A program made the translations under genes and the position numbers. This document shows, in pieces, positions 53,048 through 64,000 of a stretch of DNA of 64,000 nucleotides. Position 1 is the first letter of the stretch. Every line of letters begins with the position of its first letter. The notes under the pieces were generated by a model. It did no database searches, was not told where the DNA came from, and worked only from the letters and a program-made list of their open reading frames with translations. This DNA is from Eledone cirrhosa (Eukaryota). The stretch spans positions 37,200,001 through 37,264,000 of the forward strand of contig OZ024743.1 of assembly GCA_964016885.1 (NCBI GenBank), given 5' to 3'.

Positions 53048-54184
53048 GAATATAAAATGAAAGTGCTTTTTTAAAAAAAAGGAATTTATTAGGTATTGAC
53101 ATGTTTCTGTAACAGACGGAATACCTATGTATCGCTGCTTGCGTAATCATATAATGTTAGCAAGTATTCGATAGCAAATGTATAATCAGTTGTCACTTCT
53201 TCAGAGATATTGGATAAATTGGAAAAAATCAGAAAAATTGAAATATTTATATTAGTTGTAATAAAGAAGGAAGAGAGGGGATAGTATATGACAGATGGCA
53301 ATTCAATTTACTGGTAAACAAGTATATAAAGAGTTTCTTAAATTTTATTAAATAACAGAATAGAGCGATCGTTATACTGTAACCATCGCTTAAAATCTAC
53401 ATTTTCATATTACAAATACTACCAGGATTGAACGCCTGTCTCCATCTCCGTTTGATTGTCAAAATACATATTAACATTCTCTATTAGTCTTAATTCTATC
53501 AACTCTTCTAATCTTTACCATTTAATATAAACTGCTATAGATAAAATGAGATTTCTTAATTCAATTCCCTAATGCATATACCAGCAGGCTACCAGCATTG
53601 TTGTTATTCAGTAGCAGTCAAAATCTCCCTCTTCCTTAATTGACACTTTATAATTAATACTACTACACCAAACGACCAGCCCTGTCCATTGTTCAATTGG
53701 TCAAGTATAGATTAAAATAGGCACTCCCAAAAATTCTTATTTAGATAAAATAAACCATATACTCATTGTATTCTCATTAGAAACCCTTTATATACTTGTT
53801 TACCAGTAAATTGAATTGCCATCTGTCATATACTATCCCCTCTCTTCCTTCTTTATTACAACTAATATCAATATTTCAATTTTTCTGATTTTTTCCAATT
53901 TATCCAATATCTCTGAAGAAGTGACAACTGATTATACATTTGCTATCGAATACTTGCTAACATTATATGATTACGCAAGCAGCGATACATAGGTATTCCG
54001 TCTGTTACAGAAACATATGTCAATACCTAATAAATTCCTTTTTTAAAAAAAAGCACTTTCATTTTATATTCATCTTTTCTACATTTTCTCCGGAATATAA
54101 TTTATACTCGTTGAGCAAACCTACACGTACGCTGTTCATCTCTAACGTAACGATATATTATCACTACATTATTGATAACCTGAA

Positions 54185-54190
<6 letters not shown>
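53041..54190. mobile_element. Fold-back unit between (TA)n tracts (family H3), ~300-bp arms
   Basis: 53041-53338 is the reverse complement of 53779-54078; hammerhead-like CTGAAGA-aGTGACA...TGTTACa-GAAACATATGTC at 53913-54021. Confidence 0.85.
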
Positions 54191-54230
<40 letters not shown>

Positions 54231-55492
54231 TTATATATATATATATATTGGTAAAAGGAAAAGAAAATGCTGACAAATTGTTCCCAGTGAAAAATAGTTT
54301 AATTAGGAATAAGTAAAAATTAATAATAAGTATTGGTTAGTATTCAGTTTTGGTTTTAAGTTTTTACCGGTTGCGCATTTCTAATGCTTTTCAAAAATAA
54401 TTTTGAGATAGAGCGCCCGTGATGTTTGCTCTAATCTGATTAGTTTTGGAAATTCTACCTGTTTTATGTGAAAAAAGTGGCTCCAGATGTATTAAAATAA
54501 GTTTCGCGCCAATTCGTGTTGCAAAAATTCTTGTGGTCAAAACAATTTTGATTGGTCGGTAGAGGTCATGTGAATGTTAAAAATTGTTTTTGCGCCAAAT
54601 GTAGGTTTGACTCGGCTGATTGAGAAGTCACTGAAAAATAAGCCTTTTAAGACAAATATGTGTGTGTGTGTGTAGTAGTAAAGAGGTTCATTGTTGTGAT
54701 AATGGTCAGTAGGGATGTGTGTGTGAATTGCAGTCATGTTGACAGGTCAACAGTTCAGGTGCCTATTAAGACAAGTGTGTGTGTGTGTAGCAGAGTAATT
54801 CGTGGTAGAGGGATCGGTCAGTAGGAATGTGTCTGTACGTGTGTGGGGGATATTTTAACATGTTAAAAGATTTTTTCAGCTCTTGTCTTATACGGAGAAG
54901 TGTGTGTGTGTGTGTATGTCTCTTTGTATGTTAGTGTACGCGTGTGTATGTGTGTGTGTATATATGTGTGTATGTGTGTATATGTGTGTATGTGTGTGTG
55001 GGGGTGGGGGTGGGGGTGGACCAGTATTTTTGTGATACTGGTAAAAATGGTGTACATTATTCGATATTTTCAGTAAAAACGATTCTCTCAATAGAACATC
55101 AAAAACCTTAATAATAAAAGGTATGAAATGATATATAGTATTGTCATAACACCAAGGTGTGTGTGAGTGTCCAGATTGTACGTACTGCAAGGGGAATCCA
55201 TTAGGCCCTGCCGTATTGGAATACTTGTGTAGATATATATATATACATGTGTGTGTGTGTGTATGTGTTTATGTACGGATGTAAAATATTTCTTGAAAGG
55301 AAAATGTATTTGCTTGCACATATTCACATATTAACACTCCCCGTACATCATTATAGGCGTTTATGTTCTCTTTCCTATGTCAGATTTTCTCTCTTACCCA
55401 TCTTTACAACGTCATCGATATTGGACAACCCTTACCGTAGCCCGCATAGGATGCTACTCATCATGAGTCAGACTGCACAACTAAAAGTTTAA

Positions 55493-55710
55493 CCCTTTAG
55501 CATTTACATTACTGTCTATATATACTATCATATTTTCACGGTAAAGGCTTCATCTTACATAATTATCTCACATAATATCAAATCTATGAGATTTTGTTAT
55601 TTATTTTGAGAACAATACCTTAACAACAGTATGAGAGGCCGATTACAGCTGGTTTGAACAGAAAAAGGTGAGAGAACTGGCCAGATACGACCGGTTTAAA
55701 TGCTAAAGGG
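55493..55710 (+). mobile_element. piggyBac-type MITE
   Basis: TTAA|CCCTTTAGCATTTA...TAAATGCTAAAGGG|TTAA; perfect 14-bp TIR and TTAA TSD. Confidence 0.9.
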
Positions 55711-56389
55711 TTAAGGCAATTTTGAAATTAGGCGTGCCATTCAGAAATCCAAACGGGCCGCACACATTTCAAGGGCCGCCGTTTGCCCATGACTGTTTTA
55801 ACACATCATAAAATACAAATGTTTCAACCCACCATGAATGCTAACCCTCCTCCCTCCTTTCTCCCTTTCTTCTTCTTCTTCCTCTTCCTCTCATCTTTTC
55901 TTCCTTCATTTGTGTTATTGTTGTTCGCATCCTCCCCTAATTCTCCTCCCACTCACCCTCATCCTCCTTCATTACTGTTCCTTTTAATTCGTTTATCCTC
56001 TTCTCCTCCTCCAACTCCCCTGACACCTCTTTTTTCTCATGCCCCTCCTCTACCTCTCTTCGCCATCCTCATCCTTACCTTTCCTCATTTACACACCGTC
56101 AATTCTGTGAACTCCTCTTCATCCAAACCGCCCTTACAATATTTAAACCTCATAAGTAATGGTACTTCCAAGCTCCCATACTCCTCTTCATCAAGCAGTA
56201 AATAATGATTGTATTAAACAGAATTGAAACAATTCAAGTATCTTTAAGCAAGCGATTTCAATATTTATGGACACATAAATTATGGTATGGCCGCATTGAT
56301 TGCTTCTTGCTAACATATAAACAATACAGGCAAAACGCATACACACTTACACGCTTCTAATACGACTCTATATTCTTGCATCCCTGCGT

Positions 56390-57088
56390 TTCTTTTGTTT
56401 TATTTGTTCAAATATGGGGTGAATGATCCAACGAAACCTAAGTACCTTTACATGTGACTGTTGTATGGTGGCTGCCAACTCGTTTTCGAGTACGGCCACT
56501 ACTTTATATCCATGTAGGAGAACCCCTACTGATGCGCTAAACGAGTGTGACTTTTCAGTCCAGCCAGCGACTTGAAAACTCGGGTACAAACACTACACTT
56601 GTGACAATTATTGACACATAGTGCTGGGCCCATGGTACCATGTCACGACAAGTGCAGAGAGATCTCCAGATATAAAGCAATGCCTGTGCCGTGAAGCTTT
56701 TATAGTGAACAAAGGCACTGCACAAAGCCAGTCCCACTCTCTTAACCAAGATGATATTTACCAAAAAGAAGAACAAGTCAACATCATTGGATACCATCAG
56801 AGTTGCAAGTGTTATATCAGAGTTTTCCTTCTCCTTGAATTCTGCCTTGATAAAGGCCAAGGGGTCATCTCTCCCGGTGATTTTGGATGGCCATTGACTC
56901 TTAAGAGCTCCTTTGCCCTTTGATAGGTTTTGTTTTTAGTCCTGCAGGATGTCCAAAGTCACCCTCCTCACCAAGCAACCTTGGTGGGGTTGCCAGTTTA
57001 GTCACCAACGACCCGACCATGAGACAGGTTGTACTGGGATACATGTTACCAGTAGCACCAACTGGGGACCTGACATACAGACTGTTGT
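56390..57088 (-). mobile_element. Family R repeat, longest copy; RTE-5'UTR-like non-autonomous element next to (CATA)n
   Basis: Contains the 14204 and 61370 segments plus ~270 bp extra. The minus strand has ggagaaggaaaactctga, which I recall from RTE-clade 5' UTRs (unverified). Confidence 0.7.
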
Positions 57089-57113
57089 ATACATACATAC
57101 ATACATACATACA

Positions 57114-57161
<48 letters not shown>

Positions 57162-57837
57162 ATAGTAATAATAAATGTGAAGACTAAAATCCAAAGAGGG
57201 TTTGATAAGGATAAATATATATCAAATATATAAGAACCCTAGAGCAAATATTTATTAAAATAACAGATTAAAGTTTAAGCAAAGAATCGCTGCTTCACCC
57301 TTAACGGAATCTTCTGAAATAAAAAAAAAATCAGTCTGTGAACGCAGAAGTAAATATTTCGAAAAACGTTTAATAACTGTTTCATTCGAAGGAAATCACC
57401 AGGTCACACATATATATATTTATATTTTTTTCTTCCATTCTTCTGTCTGTACTGTTTGTTTTATCTCGGACACATCAAACGAGCAGAAAGATTTCGACCG
57501 TTTATATTCGCGACTTTATTCTTTCGGTCATTACCCATGATTTATGTCCAGAAATAACAGTAGGCACGAGTTAGTTTGATACTTTCACCTACTTCCCTTT
57601 TCTGATCATTAAGTGTTGAAGCTGGCGCACTAGCTCCAGAAATTCCTGTATTTAATTCAGACTCTTACCTTCTACCCCTTGTGAAAAAGGCCCCGAGATA
57701 CTTGAACTTCGCCATCTGATTTTCCTTCACTCAAACGAATGAAACAACTCTAGTGTAGAAATTGTTTTTTTCTGTCTCCAAGGGTAATTTATTCGGTCTT
57801 ATACTTATCAACTATTATTATAGTTATTTGTGTTATT

Positions 57838-58125
57838 ATAAGAGTATAAGAAAATGCGCTCGGCACAGCACAAATCTATAATTGTTTCTACTTTTTGCAC
57901 AAAGCCAGCAATTAACCAGTACATTACTGGTACTTTATTTTATCGACCCCGTAGGGATGAAAGGCAAAGTTAACAATCCGGTCGAGGTTAACTTTGCCTT
58001 TCATCCTTACGAGGTCGATAAAATAAAGTACCAGTAATGTACTGGGGTATTGCTGGCCTTGTGCCAAAAGTAGAAACAATTATAGTTATTTGTGTTGTGC
58101 CGAGTGCATTTTCTTATACTCTTAT
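57838..58125. repeat. Inverted duplication of a SINE 3' half plus ~40 bp of its flank
   Basis: 57838-57974 is the reverse complement of 57987-58125, with a 12-nt spacer. Confidence 0.85.
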
Positions 58126-58316
58126 TTTCATGTCTCCATAAATCAGTCATATAAATGTATATATCATGCACACACCCTCGCGCACGCACACACACGCACA
58201 CACATGCGCATATAGCCATATAAGATAGGGAGTAAGTTTTCGATTTTTGTAGGAAGCCATACAATAATATAATATATAACGTGTAGCTAACTATAACAAA
58301 CGAAAACCTACCCATT

Positions 58317-58397
<81 letters not shown>

Positions 58398-58784
58398 GCA
58401 CATACGCACTACTTATGTATTATATCGCTAAATATTCAATTCATATTTGTATATACACAGATTTGTATATACACGCATATATATATATATATATATATTT
58501 ATACACATATGCATGTATACCTATACACGCACATTAACACACATACATATATATCTATATATATCTATGTATGTGTATGTGGGTTTGTACCTGTGTGTGT
58601 TTGTGTCCGTGTAATTATAGGTATGTGTTTGTGTGTTTGTGTAATGTTGTAAAATATTTCTTGATAGGTTAATAAATTGGTTTGCACACCAAGGCACCAC
58701 ATATACATAAACTTTAAATACATACACAATGACATACATACGTACATACATTCTTAAATACATACATACATGCGTGCATACATA

Positions 58785-59567
58785 ATAGCTATATACACAT
58801 ATATATACATACGAGCATACATACATAGCTATATACACACATATATACATACGAGCATACATACATAGCTATATACACACATATATATACATACGAGCAT
58901 ACATACATAGCTATATACACACATATATATACATACGAGCATACATACATAGCTATATACACACATATATATACATACGAGCATACATACATAGCTATAT
59001 ACACACATATATACATACGAGCATACATACATAGCTATATACACACATATATATACATACGAGCATACATACATAGCTATATACACACATATATATACAT
59101 ACGAGCATACATACATAGCTATATACACACATATATACATACGAGCATACATACATAGCTATATACACACATATATATACATACGAGCATACATACATAG
59201 CTATATACACACATATATATACATACGAGCATACATACATAGCTATATACACACATATATACATACGAGCATACATACATAGCTATATACACACATATAT
59301 ATACATACGAGCATACATACATAGCTATATACACACATATATACATACGAGCATACATACATAGCTATATACACACATATATATACATACGAGCATACAT
59401 ACATAGCTATACACACATATATACATACGAGCATACATACATAGTTATATACACACATATAAACACACGAGCATACATACATAGCTATATACACATATAT
59501 ATATACATACGAGCATACATACATAGTTATATACACACATATAAACACACGAGCATACATACATAGC

Positions 59568-59575
<8 letters not shown>
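58785..59575. repeat. 40-42-bp minisatellite (agctatatacacacatatatatacatacgagcatacatacat), ~19 copies
   Basis: Direct reading. Confidence 0.93.
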
Positions 59576-59605
<30 letters not shown>

Positions 59606-60352
59606 AGCATACATAGTCACTTTTACACAAATAAACCCACACATACACGCACATATATAATGTAGATTATAAAACAGTCATGTAACATCTTTAGCACTCA
59701 TACGTATACCAACATCAGTTAGAAAGAAACTATAAAGTAAATATATATATATAAGTAAATATATATATGTTTATGGATATATATATATATATATGCAACT
59801 TAAAGAACACACACAACCCATACCATTTCGTTCTTCGACGTATCACTCCTCTCTTTCTTCCGCCTCCCCTACACTAGGGAATATTCTCTCTGATAGAAGT
59901 CTGAACAATACTCGTAAATAATGATAAACTGAAGTGTTGAGTGCTTGCAGAATTTTCAGTGGATTGTTTTTAGTGGAGGTGGTTGAAACAGCAGTGAACC
60001 GCATATAATAAATCTTAAGGAAAGAGAGAAAGGTTACATTAAATAAAATTAAGTTGAAATAGTAAATATGGTGATGATTCAAGGAGGTAGAATAATAAAA
60101 AGAGGTGAAATAAAATGATGGGAAGGTTGGATGAAAACGAAGAGGATTAATAGTAAGAGAAAAAATAAAATGAGAATTGATTTGTTTCTCATTCCCATGA
60201 TGATTAATAAGTAAAACAAATAATTAGAACAATACCAAAAATTGTATTGGTATTCTTATTATTGTCATTGTTGTGGATTGGCAGAACCGTTAGGGCGTCG
60301 GATACAATACCTTACATCACTTAGTTACGGCTTTTTCATATCGAGTTCAAAA

Positions 60353-60405
<53 letters not shown>

Positions 60406-60521
60406 AAAATGTTATCTGAGTTTTTCGAATATTAATAATAATATGCGATTCGTTTGCAATTATGCAAACAAGCCTCATTTTTTAAACCATGTCAGTAGAA
60501 TGGGTGCTTCATTCTTGCTGT

Positions 60522-60604
<83 letters not shown>

Positions 60605-60855
60605 TGGTTTTATAATTTTATCAATTTTACCAATAGAGAGAGTGTCGGTTTCTAACATAAACACAATACTCTCTCATAGGAATTTAGATAACATCAATTC
60701 GTCAGATATGCATGTCGGCATGCGTGCGCCTGTGTGCAGATATGGATGTTATTGTGGATATAAGTGTGGATGGATGTAAGTGTGGATGTGTATGTTTTGA
60801 GTTGTATGTGTGCATGTGTATATGCTTTGTATCTGTACATGTGTACATGCAGTTA

Positions 60856-61212
60856 TTAGATGTAGAATTTTTGGAATGTTTTACATATTTTTACTGTTCC
60901 CTTAATAGATTGTACTTGTAATTTCCTAACTAGTCGTGTTCTTTCTGGTTCTGTGAACCTCAGCTTCTCAAGATTTGTATTGAGGCAGTTACTAACATAC
61001 CCCAGTGCCCCAATAATCACAGACATAAATCTGAAGGTGTAATCAGGGTGGAGTATCTGCAGATTTCTCATTAAATCTGCATAGATATTCTCCTTTTCGC
61101 TAATCTTTAATATTATATTGGCATCTGCTGGGCAGCTAACTTTCACTACTGTGCATGCCTTCTTTTCCCTGTCCCGAAACATTATATCTGGTCTGTTATG
61201 CCTGCATCTCAT
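60856..61212 (-). pseudogene. 3' fragment of an R4/Dong-like retrotransposon, restriction-like endonuclease domain
   Basis: HNRPDI..D..K..VVKVSCP.D.NI..K..EK...Y.DL...VIIGALGYV...LQ.....GTVKICK.F; truncated at (TATG)n. Confidence 0.8.
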
Positions 61213-61304
61213 GTGTGTATGTATGTATGTATGTATGTATGTATGTATGTATGTATGTATGTATGTATGTATGTATGTATGTATGTATGTATGTATGTAT
61301 GTAT

Positions 61305-61716
61305 CTCCGGGAGAGATGACCTCTTAGCCTTTGTCAATGCAGAATTCTAGGAGAAGGAAAACTCTGAAATAACACCTGCAACCCTGATGGTATCCAATGA
61401 TGTTGACTTGTTCTTCTTTTTGTTAAATATCATCTTGGTTAAGAGAGTGGGACTGGCTTTGTGCAATGCCTTTGCTCACTATAAAAGCTTTACGGCACAG
61501 GCATTGCTTTATATCTGAAGATCTCTCTGCACTTGTCGTTACATGGTACCATGGGCCCAGCACTATGTCAATAATTGTCACAAGTGTAGTGTTTGTACCA
61601 GAGTTTTCAAGTCGCTGGCTGGACTAAAAAGTCACACTTGTTCAGCGCATCGGTAGGGGTTCTCCTACATGGATATAAAGTAGTGGCCGTACTCGAAAAC
61701 GAGTTGGCAGCCACCA
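61305..61716 (+). mobile_element. Family R repeat, copy 3
   Basis: Reverse complement of 56465-56878; lies between (TATG)n and (TG)n. Confidence 0.85.
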
Positions 61717-61720
61717 TGTA

Positions 61721-61785
<65 letters not shown>

Positions 61786-62358
61786 TGTAGAAGGCATCTA
61801 GGTGAGAGTCGCCATAGGGGCTCGACAGGCCAGACCATCATCTCGATACAGACCAGTGTAGAAGTCTGGAAATCTGTTTCTTGGTAAGTCTAAAATATAT
61901 TCTGAAGAGCTACACAACACCAACAGTTGTCGGCTCTGACTAATTAACTAATGGACCACATGATCCACCGTCAACACTACTAACCCCCTTTTACAACCAC
62001 TCACCACCGCTATACTACCCTACCACTCACTGGTATCACCACACCGCCTACTACTAACGATCTACCTTCGTTCTCCCGCTATTCCACCACCAATACACCC
62101 CCCACCAAAAATTAACTAACAACAACCTAATTTACTACTATATTAAACCCTGTACTACCAATATATATACTCACACACACGGTGCTACAACAGCTCACTC
62201 CAAAACCACTTCCAATGTGCATGCACCACCACCACCTCTCTCTTCACCTACCTCCTTCTACATGACCATTTCCTCACTGACTACTTCCACTCTGATCACA
62301 TTACTAACGCCAACTCGCTCTACACATTTCTCTTGGACACTGGATTACACGTGGATAT

Positions 62359-63134
<776 letters not shown>

Positions 63135-63254
63135 TATATATATCACCTTGATCACCTTGACCGACCAGTCACAGCACGTCGTGCTGTTTTAGCCATAAGA
63201 TAACGCCATCCCACTGGCTGGGCGGGCAGGCCGATATATATATATATATATATA

Positions 63255-63895
63255 GTTTTGCGAGGTTTTTTATATGAAATCGTGTGTCGAAACAAATATT
63301 GTTATATTTGGGGAGGGTCATATTTGTGTAATAATATTGCCAGAATTAATAACAGAACACACTCTCTGTTTGGTTGGTTTTCGCTTCTGTGTCCTTTATA
63401 TCAGTTAATTTAATATATTCGGTCCTCAATGTTACCATTGACTGACCAACGGTCAAAAATACAGATACAATATAGACACAAACAGATATATATAGTCTAA
63501 CAAAGTTATTTCGTTGCACATCTGCAACATCGTCAGTGGTGCTATTATGTTTCCTCCCGTTGCATTGTATGCCTACATCATCTTTATTTAGTCTGTTTAT
63601 TTATACAGACTAAATAAAGATGGCGTAGGCATACAATGCAACGGGAGGAAACAATAGCACCACTGACGATGTTGCAGATGTGCAACGAAAGAACTTTGTT
63701 AGACTATATATATGTGTTTGTGTCTATATTGTATCTGTATTTTTGACCGTTGGCCAGTCAATGGTAACATTGAGGACCGAATAAATTAAATTAACCAATA
63801 TAAAGGACACAGAAGCGAAAACCAACCAAACAGAGAGTGTGTTCTGTTATTAATTCTGGCAATATTATTACACAAATATGACCCTCCCCAAATAT

Positions 63896-63902
<7 letters not shown>
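63255..63902. mobile_element. Fold-back unit family H2, ~300-bp arms with an 8-nt loop, between (TA)n tracts
   Basis: 63296-63596 pairs with 63605-63902; hammerhead-like core at 63663-63690; homologous to 13021-13901. Confidence 0.88.
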
Positions 63903-63961
<59 letters not shown>

Positions 63962-64000
63962 GGTCTGTTATTATTTGATTATCTTCACTAGTAAAAAATC

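Noticed and set aside
54250-55200. Possible decayed Penelope 3' end
   Set aside because: No clear GIY-YIG or ribozyme motif could be read.

Overview
AT-rich, microsatellite-saturated animal intergenic/intronic DNA. The SINE and LINE repertoire suggests an octopus-like cephalopod (inference). No host protein-coding gene can be supported; nearly all ORF-track entries are simple-repeat or antisense artefacts. The window is packed with transposons: (i) one apparently intact two-ORF L1/Tx1-clade LINE (46311-52129) flanked by (TATC)n, with three short 3' fragments of the same family also sitting in (TATC)n; (ii) a decayed Neptune-type Penelope-like element (RT + GIY-YIG, ~6123-11960) interrupted by a ~490-bp LTR-like insert with a 5-bp TSD; (iii) a GC-rich CRE-like RLE retrotransposon with an N-terminal PHD finger, plus a 3'-truncated copy; (iv) RTE, R4/Dong-like and degraded Tx1 fragments, many tRNA-derived SINEs, TTAA/piggyBac-type MITEs and several minisatellites. 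The most striking unexplained structure is a set of unrelated 0.4-1.3 kb non-coding fold-back units wedged between (TA)n tracts. Several carry type-I hammerhead ribozyme cores, in some cases one on each strand, with compensatory base changes between copies. There is also a 507-bp tandem two-hammerhead unit resembling a Penelope-dependent retrozyme. Coordinates of decayed repeats are approximate (read by eye).
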